A DNA stretch of 64,000 bases from Acidimicrobiaceae bacterium (GCA_018699415.1 JABIQM010000238.1:1719-65718), one strand, 5' to 3'; counted from the first letter of the stretch, positions 28,428 through 37,613 are shown. A program made the numbers and translations. Notes: generated by a model not told the origin, from the letters alone.

Positions 28428-29620
28428 CGTCCCTGCCGAGCCACGTTCAGCAGCACACCGACTCCGGTCAAGCTCACCACGAGGGATGATCCGCCGAAAG
28501 ACAGGAACGGCAGCGTTACGCCCATCACTGGCAGGAGCGACAAGACCGCGCCAAGGTTAAGTACTGCCTGAGCCACGATCATTGTCGTGATGCCGAGGGC
28601 GAGCAACATACCGAAACGATCGGGAGCGCGCAGCGCCGTAACCATACCTGCCACGCCGATAACGGCGAAGACGAGGAGCACAGTGGCGGCGCCGAGGAGT
28701 CCCAGTTCCTCCGCGATGATGGCGAAGATGAAGTCGGTGTGGGCATACGGAAGGAAGCCCCATTTTGCACGGCTCCCGCCGAGACCCACGCCGGAGATGC
28801 CACCAACCGTGATGGCATGCAGCGACTGCAGCGACTGATACCCGAAGACGGGTTCGGCCCACGGATCACGGAATGCGAGGAAGCGGGCTCGGCGCCACGG
28901 CGTGGCGAGCACCATGAAGCTGGTGACAGCGGCGCCGATGCTGCCGAGCCCAAACAGTTGACGTATCGGCGCGCCCGCCAGAAACATCATCGTGCCGGCG
29001 ATAAGACCGATCACCAGGATCGCTCCGAGATGCGGCTGCATCACGAGAAGACCAACCACAAGCCCGGTAACCACGACTACGGGGCGAACCGTTATGCGTG
29101 TCGCCAAGATTGGCCGGCTAGGCCGAGAAAGTAGATCAGCGATGAAGAGGACGAGAGCCAGCTTCATGAACTCTGACGGCTGAACGGAGAGCGGTCCGAC
29201 ATCCAACCAGCGGGTGGCGCCATTTGTGCTCACGCCGACACCCGGAATCAAGACTGCGACGAGTCCAAGGCTGGCCCCGATCATCACTGGAGCGGCGAAC
29301 ATGCGGAGTCGGTGATAGTCAACGCGCATCATGATGAGCATCGCCACCGTGCCGATACCCACCGACAGGAGATGGCGCCGAAAGAGGCTCCACGCACTAC
29401 TCGAGTTGTTGATGCTCACTACCGCCGACGCGGACAAGACCATAACAACGCCGAGCAGGACGAGAGAGCTCACGGCCACCAGAAGGATCAAGAAGAGTGG
29501 TGTGCGGCGACCAGAAAAACGACGCTGTCCGCGACCGTCGGCCTTGACCCGTGATGCTGGATGACGACCCCTCGACGCAGCACGCTGCTGCGATTTTGGA
29601 CGATTCTCAACGGCGGTCAT
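28424..29620 (-). CDS. ftsW: SEDS-family peptidoglycan glycosyltransferase FtsW
   Basis: About 10 TM spans plus QPSEFMKL and HTDFIFAIIAEELG motifs. The ATG at 29620 overlaps the murD stop as ATGA; the alternative ATG is at 29629. Confidence 0.9.
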   Translation of the reverse strand: MTAVENRPKSQQRAASRGRHPASRVKADGRGQRRFSGRRTPLFLILLVAVSSLVLLGVVMVLSASAVVSINNSSSAWSLFRRHLLSVGIGTVAMLIMMRVDYHRLRMFAAPVMIGASLGLVAVLIPGVGVSTNGATRWLDVGPLSVQPSEFMKLALVLFIADLLSRPSRPILATRITVRPVVVVTGLVVGLLVMQPHLGAILVIGLIAGTMMFLAGAPIRQLFGLGSIGAAVTSFMVLATPWRRARFLAFRDPWAEPVFGYQSLQSLHAITVGGISGVGLGGSRAKWGFLPYAHTDFIFAIIAEELGLLGAATVLLVFAVIGVAGMVTALRAPDRFGMLLALGITTMIVAQAVLNLGAVLSLLPVMGVTLPFLSFGGSSLVVSLTGVGVLLNVARQGR

Positions 29621-30972
29621 CGCACACATCCCTCGTCGTACTCGCGAACGATTCGGGCAAAGTCATCACCGCGATCGCCATAATTCCGGTACCAGTCGAA
29701 CGAGGCGCAACCCGGCGATAGCAAGACAGCTACTCGACCCGCAGCGAGACGGCGGGCGGCGGCTACGGCTTGTTGCATGTCGTATGCGACCACGACCTCA
29801 TGAGTGGGTGAGAACACCGAAGTAATTTCCTCAGCGGCGTCGCCGATGGCTACGACGGCGTGCACGTGCTGGCGAGCGTCGAGCATGCTTGCGAGGTCGA
29901 TTCCCTTGTTGCGGCCCCCCGCGATAAGTACTGCCTTGTCGAAGCCACGCAGGGCAGCGATCGTCGCATGGGGCGTCGTTGCCTTCGAGTCATCGAAGTA
30001 CATGACGCCGTCGATCTCCCCGACGGGTGAAACTCGATGTGCGAGTCCAGGAAAGGATTCACATGCTTCAGCTACTGCTGAAGGCGTCGCTCCAAGCGGG
30101 ACCGTGGTGGCGGCGACAGCGAGGGCATCCTCGATGTCATGGGGAAGACTCCGCCATAGACGATCCGTTGAGGTGAAGCCGCCACCAGGCCCAACAAGAT
30201 CACCACCGTCGAGATACCAGTCAGCACTTGCGCCACCGAAGGTGACGACGTTTGCTGACTCGGGCACATGGCCCATGACCACGGGGTCGTTGGCGTTCGC
30301 GACAATGACGCCATCACGGCCGGCCATAGCGAAGATCCCAGCCTTCGCCTGCTCATAGCTTTCGAGATCGGCATGGATATCGAGGTGGTCAGGCGCGAAG
30401 TTCAACCATGTGGCAACCGCAACCCGAAACTCCGAAGCCCTCGCGAGCCGAAACGACGATGCTTCGACGACAAAGACATCGATGGCAGGATCATCGATAG
30501 CGCATACCAACGGAACATCGGTGTTGCCCGCAGCCACAGCATTGATACCCGAGCCTTGGAGAGCAGCGATCGCCAACTCGACCACAGTGGTCTTACCGTT
30601 GGTTCCGGTGATGGCAGCAATCGGTCGACCGTCCCATGCCGCCGCAAGATCGAATTCACCGACAAGCGGACGGTCCTTGTCGCGAGCAAGGGCAAAAGCA
30701 GCGTGATGCTCGGGAAGGCCTGGGGCTGGGCATACGAAGTCAGCCTGCTCGACCAATGATTCCAGCATCGACTCGTGCGGGGCTGCGTGGAGTTCGAAGT
30801 CGAGCGCGGCTGCAGCTTCGCGAAGTTCCTCGTTGACCTTGTCGTCGACTGCAAGTACCACATGACCATGGCGTAGTAAGGCCCCGGCGACGGCTCGGTT
30901 TGTGATGCCCATGCCAACCAACAAGAACGTACAGGGGCCTGCGTCCAGGGCGCGAGCAATCGGACCTCTCAT
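29617..30972 (-). CDS. murD: UDP-N-acetylmuramoylalanine--D-glutamate ligase
   Basis: AITGTNGKTTV and DDSKATTPHA. The ATG at 30972 overlaps the mraY stop as ATGA. The 115-codon upstream extension in the ORF track is Arg/Pro/Ser-rich and lies inside mraY. Confidence 0.9.
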   Translation of the reverse strand: MRGPIARALDAGPCTFLLVGMGITNRAVAGALLRHGHVVLAVDDKVNEELREAAAALDFELHAAPHESMLESLVEQADFVCPAPGLPEHHAAFALARDKDRPLVGEFDLAAAWDGRPIAAITGTNGKTTVVELAIAALQGSGINAVAAGNTDVPLVCAIDDPAIDVFVVEASSFRLARASEFRVAVATWLNFAPDHLDIHADLESYEQAKAGIFAMAGRDGVIVANANDPVVMGHVPESANVVTFGGASADWYLDGGDLVGPGGGFTSTDRLWRSLPHDIEDALAVAATTVPLGATPSAVAEACESFPGLAHRVSPVGEIDGVMYFDDSKATTPHATIAALRGFDKAVLIAGGRNKGIDLASMLDARQHVHAVVAIGDAAEEITSVFSPTHEVVVAYDMQQAVAAARRLAAGRVAVLLSPGCASFDWYRNYGDRGDDFARIVREYDEGCVR

Positions 30973-32003
30973 GCCGCGATCCCTGCTTGAATCGCGTCGG
31001 CGTAGAACAAGCCCAGGCCGACCGCGGTGCAAAGGCCCGACATGATCCAGAGGCGAACGATCACCGTGGTCTCCGGCCACCCAGCAAGCTCGAAATGATG
31101 GTGGATCGGCGCCATGCGGAAGAGACGACGACCGCCAAACCGCCGGAAAACGATCACCTGAAGAATCACCGAGACGGTCTCGGCCACGAAGAGACCACCG
31201 ATGACGGGAAGTAGGAGGTGAGTGTTGGTGCCGAGGGCGAGCGCGGCGAGGCCGCTGCCGATCGCCAACGACCCGGTGTCGCCCATGAAGATCTGGGCGG
31301 GAGCTGCGTTCCACCATAGGAAGCCGATGATGCCGCCGACCATGGCCGTAGCGACAACGGCCACATCAAGTGCATGAGGGTTCCCATAGACCTCAAGGTG
31401 CCGGAATTGCCAAAATCCGATGAAGGTGAAGGCGGCGAATGCGAACGCTCCGGCCCCTGCCGCCAGGCCGTCGAGCCCATCAGTGAGATTGACAGCATTG
31501 GTTGTCCCGACGATGAGCAGCACCGCCCACAGCATCCAGCCGATACGGCCGATGTCCCAGCCAGGATTGTTGAAGCGGGTAAACGAGATGGTGGTTTCGA
31601 CCGTCGTGAACTGTGTCATCAGCGCCGCAAAGCCAACGGCCACGATGAGCAGGCCGAGCATCTTGGCCCGCTTGTTGAGACCAAGATTGCGCGCAGCCAC
31701 AACCTTGATCCAGTCGTCGATCAAGCCGACGGCGCCGCCGCCAACGATGGCAAGCATCACGAGGATCCCGGTACGGGTGTAGATACCGCCGAAGAGATCC
31801 GAAATTACGTAACCGGCAACCGCTCCCGAGACGATGGCGAGGCCACCCATCGTTGGCGTACCGGCCTTCGTGTGATGACCCTCGGGGCCGTCGTCTCGGA
31901 TGGGCTGGCCGACCTCATGGGCCGTCAACCAGTTGATCAAGGCTTTCGTGCCGAGCAGGGACACGAACATTGAGATCGCACCGGCGAGCAGCAAGCGAGT
32001 CAT
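30969..32003 (-). CDS. mraY: phospho-N-acetylmuramoyl-pentapeptide transferase
   Basis: GTPTMGG, NAVNLTDGLDGLA, MGDTGSLA and APIHHHFE. Confidence 0.95.
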   Translation of the reverse strand: MTRLLLAGAISMFVSLLGTKALINWLTAHEVGQPIRDDGPEGHHTKAGTPTMGGLAIVSGAVAGYVISDLFGGIYTRTGILVMLAIVGGGAVGLIDDWIKVVAARNLGLNKRAKMLGLLIVAVGFAALMTQFTTVETTISFTRFNNPGWDIGRIGWMLWAVLLIVGTTNAVNLTDGLDGLAAGAGAFAFAAFTFIGFWQFRHLEVYGNPHALDVAVVATAMVGGIIGFLWWNAAPAQIFMGDTGSLAIGSGLAALALGTNTHLLLPVIGGLFVAETVSVILQVIVFRRFGGRRLFRMAPIHHHFELAGWPETTVIVRLWIMSGLCTAVGLGLFYADAIQAGIAA

Positions 32004-33427
32004 GAGATGGATCCTCCGATGCGACGCAACTCGTCACGCGCAACTGCGCGGTCATCAAATTCGATCACATCTGAGCCGATCGTTTGTGTCATCTCGTGAC
32101 CTTTTCCGGCGATCAGCACGACGTCTCCGTTACCCGCGGCCGCGAATGCATGGCGGATCGCCATTCTGCGGTCTGGCTCGACCAGATCGGGGGATTTGTG
32201 CATGCCAGACACCACAGAAGCGATAATCGCAGTCGGGTTTTCACTCCGAGGGTTGTCGTTGGTAACCACGACACGGTCAGCGAGTCGTCGAGCCACCTCG
32301 CCCATCTGAGGCCGCTTGCCCTGATCACGGTTGCCACCAGCACCAAACACAACAACAAGTGAGCGGCGGGTGACCGCACGAGCGGCTTCAAGAACCGCCT
32401 CCAGCCCATCGGGCGTGTGTGCGTAGTCCACGATTACCGCGAACCGCTGGCCAACATCGATCTGTTCAAATCGGCCCGGGACCGTCGGCAGCTCCGCAAG
32501 TCCACCGATCACCTCGTCCTGCTCTGCCCCAAGCGTCAGCATGATCTCCGCTGCGAGCACTGCGTTGGCAACGTTGAACGCGCCACCGAGCGGAAGATCA
32601 ACCTTGGCTCCGCGCCAACGAAAGTGACTGCGTTGCGGGCCAAGCTCAAGGAGTTCGACAAGATCATCATCGATGGCAACAACCGGCACCGACGCGACGG
32701 TCGCCATTCGAGTCCCTGCCTCTGACCGAACATCGATCACTGCGAGATCGCAGAGATCCGGTGTGAACAACAGAGCCTTGGCGGCGAAGTACGCCTCGAG
32801 ATCACCATGATGGTCGAGGTGATCAACACCCAGATTCGTAAACGCGGCGACGCTGAAACGCGTGCCATCGACCCGGTGCAGATCGAGTGCATGGCTCGAC
32901 ACCTCCATCGCGATCAGATCTCTTTGCTCCCGCCGCGCTATCGCAAGGATGCGCTGGAGGTCGGTGGCTTCGGGCGTCGTCCGTTCCCCGGTGAGGGTGC
33001 CGATCTCCAGACAGTCTCGCCCAAGGATCTCACCGACGGAAGAAACCATCCGAACCGTCGTTGTCTTGCCGTTGGTGCCGGTGATGCCCACGACGTCGAC
33101 CGATTCGCTCGGTTTGTTGTGGATGCACGCCGCCACAGGTCCCACCGCCTCGCGGACGTTACTGACAATGATTTGGGGGATGGCCAAATCGAGTTCGTGG
33201 TCCACCAGTAGAGCGGCAACACCTGAGTCTTTCACCGCTGCGGCGTAGTCATGACCGTCAGCATTGGTGCCGCGGATACAGGCGAAGATCATTCCGTCGC
33301 CCACTCGGCGCGAGTCGTGTTCAGCATCGTTCAGCACAAGAGAAGATGAGGTCTCGATCGCGTCACGATTGAGCGAAAGGACTAAATTTCCCGCTGCCGC
33401 AATCACCTCACCAAGACGAGCACTCAC
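32000..33427 (-). CDS. murE: UDP-N-acetylmuramoyl-L-alanyl-D-glutamate--2,6-diaminopimelate ligase
   Basis: MurE-specific motifs: GITGTNGKTTT, MEVSSHAL, DYAHTPDGLE, GAGGNRDQGKRPQMG, TNDNPRSE (DNPR = meso-DAP determinant) and AGKGHE. This is not MurF, because the (D/N)xYNANP-type MurF motif is absent. Confidence 0.9.
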   Translation of the reverse strand: MSARLGEVIAAAGNLVLSLNRDAIETSSSLVLNDAEHDSRRVGDGMIFACIRGTNADGHDYAAAVKDSGVAALLVDHELDLAIPQIIVSNVREAVGPVAACIHNKPSESVDVVGITGTNGKTTTVRMVSSVGEILGRDCLEIGTLTGERTTPEATDLQRILAIARREQRDLIAMEVSSHALDLHRVDGTRFSVAAFTNLGVDHLDHHGDLEAYFAAKALLFTPDLCDLAVIDVRSEAGTRMATVASVPVVAIDDDLVELLELGPQRSHFRWRGAKVDLPLGGAFNVANAVLAAEIMLTLGAEQDEVIGGLAELPTVPGRFEQIDVGQRFAVIVDYAHTPDGLEAVLEAARAVTRRSLVVVFGAGGNRDQGKRPQMGEVARRLADRVVVTNDNPRSENPTAIIASVVSGMHKSPDLVEPDRRMAIRHAFAAAGNGDVVLIAGKGHEMTQTIGSDVIEFDDRAVARDELRRIGGSIS

Positions 33428-35301
33428 TGCGTCGGCACAGCACTGTCGCTGCCTCCGGCCGTTTCCAGCAGTCCAGCAGGATCGGCACGGACTCGCTCAC
33501 CGGTCGGTCCGGCTGTGCCTGGAACGATCTGCAACTGTCGAACCGCATAGCCAGCAATCTCTGCAAACGCGGGGGCTGCGACGGCACCGCCGCCATAGCG
33601 ATCGGTCGTTGGATCATCAACGATCACGATGATCGAGAGCTGAGGCCCATAATCGTTGGAAATGATGCCACCGAAGCTGGCCGTGTAGTGGCGAGACCCA
33701 TTTCCCTCTTCATCGGGATCACAGAGATATCCGCCCGTGGCACAAGGCTGCCACGAGGTACCTGTCTTGCCTGCGACCTCGTAGCCCGGAACTATGGCGC
33801 GGGTGCCCGTTCCACTCGCCACCACCTCACTCATCATCCCCAACACTGAACCAGCAGTTTCTTCGCTCACGACACGGCGGCGATCGCCAGTCCCCACATC
33901 ATCAGTCAAGAGGACCGGATCCACGTGGACGCCACCGTTCGCGATCGTGTTATAGCCCTGAAGCATCTGCAGACCCGTGACCGCAATGCTCTGGCCAATC
34001 GCAGCGTTAGACAACTCGAGTACGTGGGTGTCGAGCGGGTCAAGAATGCCGCTCGCCTCACCCTTGAAGTCGAGCGCGGTTCGGTGGCCAAGACCAAACT
34101 CGACGAATGCGTTGTACAGCCCATCAGCGCCTAACCGAGTCGCCAATTCGATCGTTCCGATATTGGAAGACAGTGCCATCACATCGGTCGGTGTGTAGTA
34201 GGTCTCGGTGTGAGCGAAGTAGTCACGGTAGGTCTTCGTGCCGCCTTCAATGGTGTACACGAGTTGCTCAGGGAGATGCAGGAGTTCCTGTGGAGTGGCT
34301 GCATTTGCTTCAAGTACCGCCGCCATAGTGAGCGGCTTGATGATTGACCCGGGCTCGTAGGTCCAGATGGCGGACAGGTTCGTCGTGGTGCACTCGACCA
34401 GGCCACTCTCACTACTGCGCTGAACATTCGCGGCGGCAATGATCTCGCCGGTCTGCGGGATCATCACAATGGCGATGCCGCGCTGGCCTACGACCCCTTC
34501 GACAGCCTGAGCCAGGATCTGTTCGGTCTGGTACTGCACATTGCGGTCGAGGGTGGTGCGAACATTCTGCCCTGGCTGAGCCGGTTCGATAACCTGCTCT
34601 CCGTTCGGGATGGTTGATTCACCGTCGGCGCTCGACTCAAGAACAACGCTGCCGGCGATGCCGGTCAGGCTGCGGTCGTAGGCCTCTTCGAGTCCGCTGA
34701 TACCGACATGGTCAATGTCGGTGCGGCCCACGATGGCAAGGCCCGAGCAGGGACCATTGGGATGTGTCCGCCGAGGCTCGTCCCGAAACCTGATTCCCGC
34801 AATATCCAGGTCGCGAACTGCCTCAGCAGTCGCTTCGTCGACTTGGCGCGCGATATACGCGAATGCGCTGTCTCGGGATAGCCGAGCCATCAAAACACCC
34901 GGTGGGGTGTCAACGAGGTCACTGAGTTGAGCGACAACGAACGGCAGTTCCTCCGCGCTAATCACGCGCGGATTGGCCTCGATCGTGGTTGCCGGCAATG
35001 AGTGAGAAATCGGTCGTTCCCACCGGTCGGTGATCTGCCCACGGGAAGCGGCCAATTCCTGGGTGATGACTCGGGCACCGAGACCCTCCTGCAGTTCTGG
35101 GTCAGGCGTGAGTTGAAGATCGGCGAGCCGATAGCTCAACATCCCGAACCCGACGAGAAGCGCAAGCGAGAGCGTGGCTACCCGCTTCGCGCACACGGTA
35201 GGGCGCGTCGCTATGACCGTGCGGCGAGGTGCCTTTTTGCGGGCCGAGGAGCGAGAGTTAACAGATCTATTGGGGACTTTGCCGGGGCGGCTAGCCGTCA
35301 C
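33424..35301 (-). CDS. ftsI: penicillin-binding protein (class B transpeptidase, FtsI-type)
   Basis: N-terminal TM span, dimerisation domain, and SxxK (GSIIKP), SxN (LSSNIG) and KTG (AGKTGTS) motifs. Confidence 0.9.
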   Translation of the reverse strand: MTASRPGKVPNRSVNSRSSARKKAPRRTVIATRPTVCAKRVATLSLALLVGFGMLSYRLADLQLTPDPELQEGLGARVITQELAASRGQITDRWERPISHSLPATTIEANPRVISAEELPFVVAQLSDLVDTPPGVLMARLSRDSAFAYIARQVDEATAEAVRDLDIAGIRFRDEPRRTHPNGPCSGLAIVGRTDIDHVGISGLEEAYDRSLTGIAGSVVLESSADGESTIPNGEQVIEPAQPGQNVRTTLDRNVQYQTEQILAQAVEGVVGQRGIAIVMIPQTGEIIAAANVQRSSESGLVECTTTNLSAIWTYEPGSIIKPLTMAAVLEANAATPQELLHLPEQLVYTIEGGTKTYRDYFAHTETYYTPTDVMALSSNIGTIELATRLGADGLYNAFVEFGLGHRTALDFKGEASGILDPLDTHVLELSNAAIGQSIAVTGLQMLQGYNTIANGGVHVDPVLLTDDVGTGDRRRVVSEETAGSVLGMMSEVVASGTGTRAIVPGYEVAGKTGTSWQPCATGGYLCDPDEEGNGSRHYTASFGGIISNDYGPQLSIIVIVDDPTTDRYGGGAVAAPAFAEIAGYAVRQLQIVPGTAGPTGERVRADPAGLLETAGGSDSAVPTQ

Positions 35302-35738
35302 CGGTCGACCCCAGAGCCGAACGGATCTGCCCCTGTCGGGGTCGCGAGTGCGCCATCAGCCACCGGCATGAGCATGACGAGAGATCCGGACTCGACAAGT
35401 CCGGCAGCTGCTGCTTGCGCAGCGAGTCCCTCCGGAGAGTCGGCGGCGGCCAGCGATGCCCTCGCCTTTGTCACCGTGGTTTCGAGAACCACATTTTGAG
35501 CGTTGATTGCGTCGATCTGAGCTTGCCCTTGCACGAGCACGGCATGGACCGCAGCGAGCACGAACAGCGTGGTGAAAATGATCAGAAGCACGGTGGTGCC
35601 GATGGCTCCGGCAGTGCGGATCCGCGTGTCGGGTCGAACGACTTGTAGCGGAGCGCGGCGAGGGGCTGCCTTCAGAGGGCGAGCCCCTGGAGTCGATGGA
35701 GCGATCCTCGGTGCCAGAACTGGTTGAGCGGTAGCCAT
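35298..35738 (-). CDS. ftsL: FtsL-like septum formation protein
   Basis: 146 aa with a single TM span (AIGTTVLLIIFTTLFVLAAV) followed by a coiled-coil-like segment. It sits in the conserved slot between rsmH and ftsI. Confidence 0.6.
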   Translation of the reverse strand: MATAQPVLAPRIAPSTPGARPLKAAPRRAPLQVVRPDTRIRTAGAIGTTVLLIIFTTLFVLAAVHAVLVQGQAQIDAINAQNVVLETTVTKARASLAAADSPEGLAAQAAAAGLVESGSLVMLMPVADGALATPTGADPFGSGVDR

Positions 35739-36709
35739 CAGGCGACTTCCGTCAGCTTCTCAATTGCGCGAAAACGGGCAGCTTCCGCTCGGGGATTGCG
35801 CTCGACCTCTGCCTCACTCGGCTTACGGGCGCCTCGCCACAGCAAGCGGACCGTCGGCTCGTTCCCAGGCGGCGGCGGAAGTTCAGGACGCAGACGAGGA
35901 GCTTCGCCGGCTTCATCACGGAAGAGACGTTTCACGATCCGATCCTCGCCGGAGTGGTACGACAGCACGGCGCAGCGACCCTCGGGGGCGAGAAGGTCAA
36001 GAGCCTGTTGAATGGCGTCCTCAAGGATGTCGAGTTCTTCATTGATCTCGATGCGCAGTGCTTGGAATGTCTTCCGGGCCGGGTGTCCGCCCTTGCGACG
36101 AACAGCCGCTGGCACAGCATCACGAACCACCTCAGCAAGTTGACCTGTTGTCGAGAACGGCCGGTTGGCCACGATTGCCTTGGCAATTCTCGGCGCTTGC
36201 CGCTCATCGCTATTGCGGCGGAGGACACCGATCAATGACCCCTCATCGATGGTGTTCACGAGACTCGCTGCAGTAATTCCCTTCGAACGATCCATTCGCA
36301 TATCCAGGGGACCATCGTTTCGGAAACTGAATCCGCGATCAGCATGGTCCAGTTGAGGCGAACTCACGCCCAGGTCGAACAGCGCACCGGAAAGCTGCGT
36401 ATGTCCGAGAGAGCGGACCGCGTCAGCAAGGCCATCGAAACGGGTGTGGCGGAGGGTCACCCGGTCGCCATGGGGTGCGAGCCGGGTGCCAGCAGCAACG
36501 AGTGCCTGCTCATCCTGGTCGAGACCGAGGATCGAGAGGCCATCGTTTGCTGCGAGAAGAGCAGATGCATGGCCAGCAGCGCCGAGCGTGGCATCGACAA
36601 CAAGACCATCAGGAACTTCAGAGAGCACGGACACGACTTCGTCACACATGACCGACACGTGGGAGAACGCTTCCGTTCCTCCAGTCTGGTAGTCGCAGTT
36701 GTCGGTCAT
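35738..36709 (-). CDS. rsmH: 16S rRNA (cytosine1402-N4)-methyltransferase
   Basis: HVSVMCDEV, DATLGAAGHA, DLGVSSPQLD and SYHSGEDRIVK. Confidence 0.95.
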   Translation of the reverse strand: MTDNCDYQTGGTEAFSHVSVMCDEVVSVLSEVPDGLVVDATLGAAGHASALLAANDGLSILGLDQDEQALVAAGTRLAPHGDRVTLRHTRFDGLADAVRSLGHTQLSGALFDLGVSSPQLDHADRGFSFRNDGPLDMRMDRSKGITAASLVNTIDEGSLIGVLRRNSDERQAPRIAKAIVANRPFSTTGQLAEVVRDAVPAAVRRKGGHPARKTFQALRIEINEELDILEDAIQQALDLLAPEGRCAVLSYHSGEDRIVKRLFRDEAGEAPRLRPELPPPPGNEPTVRLLWRGARKPSEAEVERNPRAEAARFRAIEKLTEVA

Positions 36710-36751
36710 GGTTCAATGCACCCGGAGAGAGGCCGCCGTAGTCGAATCGCC

Positions 36752-36861
36752 CATCTGCAGTCTCCCGATCAGCGGCGCACGCCGGGATTTCTCCCCGGTC
36801 GTGCTAATGGCAAGCGGGCGGAGTACGGGTCTTCCATTTGCTGATCGGAAGACTGCAGATG
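36752..36861 (-). ncRNA. structured RNA element in the mraZ-rsmH spacer (candidate mraW-motif-like leader)
   Basis: On the transcribed strand, CAUCUGCAGUCUUCCGAUCAGC (36861-36840) pairs over 22 bp (one G-U) with GCUGAUCGGGAGACUGCAGAUG (36773-36752). The stem encloses 66 nt that contain two further hairpins. Confidence 0.6.
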
Positions 36862-36908
36862 TTCGGTTCGTTCACTGGTGGTAGTAGTCGGGTAGATCCT
36901 TTCTTGCG

Positions 36909-37346
36909 TTAGTTAGGTCCGAAGCCGTGCCCACGCTCGATGGCGTCGGTGAGCTTTTCGGCACCGTTCGGGCTGACGCTCGACCAGCGCTCCGGGTTCC
37001 AGAGTTCGATACGACGAAGCGCACCGGTGACAATGACGTTGCGGTCGAGCCCGCCCAACTTCCGCAGGTGCGGCAGCAGACGAACTCGTCCTTGCGAATC
37101 GGGGGTGACCTCGTCGGCCTGGCTGGCAAAGTGACGCAACGCATCGACTCCAACGTCGCCCTTGGCTACCTGCGCTTCGAGTCGATCAGCCATCCGGTCG
37201 AACTCCTCGGCCGGAAGAATCGCCAAGCAATGGTCGAGCGGCGTGATGAACGCTCCCTCGGCGAGCTTTGCTCGAAACGACGCCGGGAGAATAAGCCTGC
37301 CTTTGTCGTCGATCGTGTGTTCGAAGTTCCCGACAAACCGTGCCAT
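36909..37346 (-). CDS. mraZ: transcriptional regulator MraZ
   Basis: MARFVGNFEHTIDDKGRLILP plus a second DSQGRVRLLP repeat, giving two SpoVT/AbrB-like halves. GAGGTG Shine-Dalgarno lies upstream. Confidence 0.95.
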   Translation of the reverse strand: MARFVGNFEHTIDDKGRLILPASFRAKLAEGAFITPLDHCLAILPAEEFDRMADRLEAQVAKGDVGVDALRHFASQADEVTPDSQGRVRLLPHLRKLGGLDRNVIVTGALRRIELWNPERWSSVSPNGAEKLTDAIERGHGFGPN

Positions 37347-37418
37347 TGCTCACCTCTTTTCCGTGCGTTGTTCGTAGTTGTGGCGAAGATGGTTGAGTAT
37401 CTCCAGAGAACTCCTTAG

Positions 37419-37499
37419 CTCCCCAGGCCTCTCCCTATCCCCCCATATAGCTCCACCATACTCCCCTCACCTCCAAATAGGCAAGGATCTTTTCCACGG
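37419..37499 (-). promoter_or_regulatory. purine-rich G-box repeat block in the mraZ leader/promoter (candidate MraZ operator)
   Basis: The mraZ strand reads GTGGAAAAG..TTGCCT..GGAGGTGAGGGGAGTATGGTGGAGCTATATGGGGGGATAGGGAGAGGCCTGGGGAGCTA. It contains GTGGA/GTGAG/GTGGAG/GGGGAG boxes. A possible -35 TTGCCT and -10 TATGGT are separated by 18 nt. Confidence 0.4.
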
Positions 37500-37613
37500 A
37501 GAGTGCAAACGAACACACGTTCGGCGCGAATCTCACGCGCGTCGAACAGGCCGACTCTCAATGACGTTTCACCCCGACTGGCCCACAAACGCAGGGTTAT
37601 AGAACCTCTGCAC

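Noticed and set aside
30973-31317. A 115-codon N-terminal extension of the murD ORF. Similar extensions occur for murB (25859-26002), glpK (53190-53450), ftsZ, rluD and others.
   Set aside because: The extensions overlap the upstream genes and are Arg/Pro/Ser-rich. In each case an internal ATG gives the canonical family N-terminus and a 1-4-nt coupled junction.
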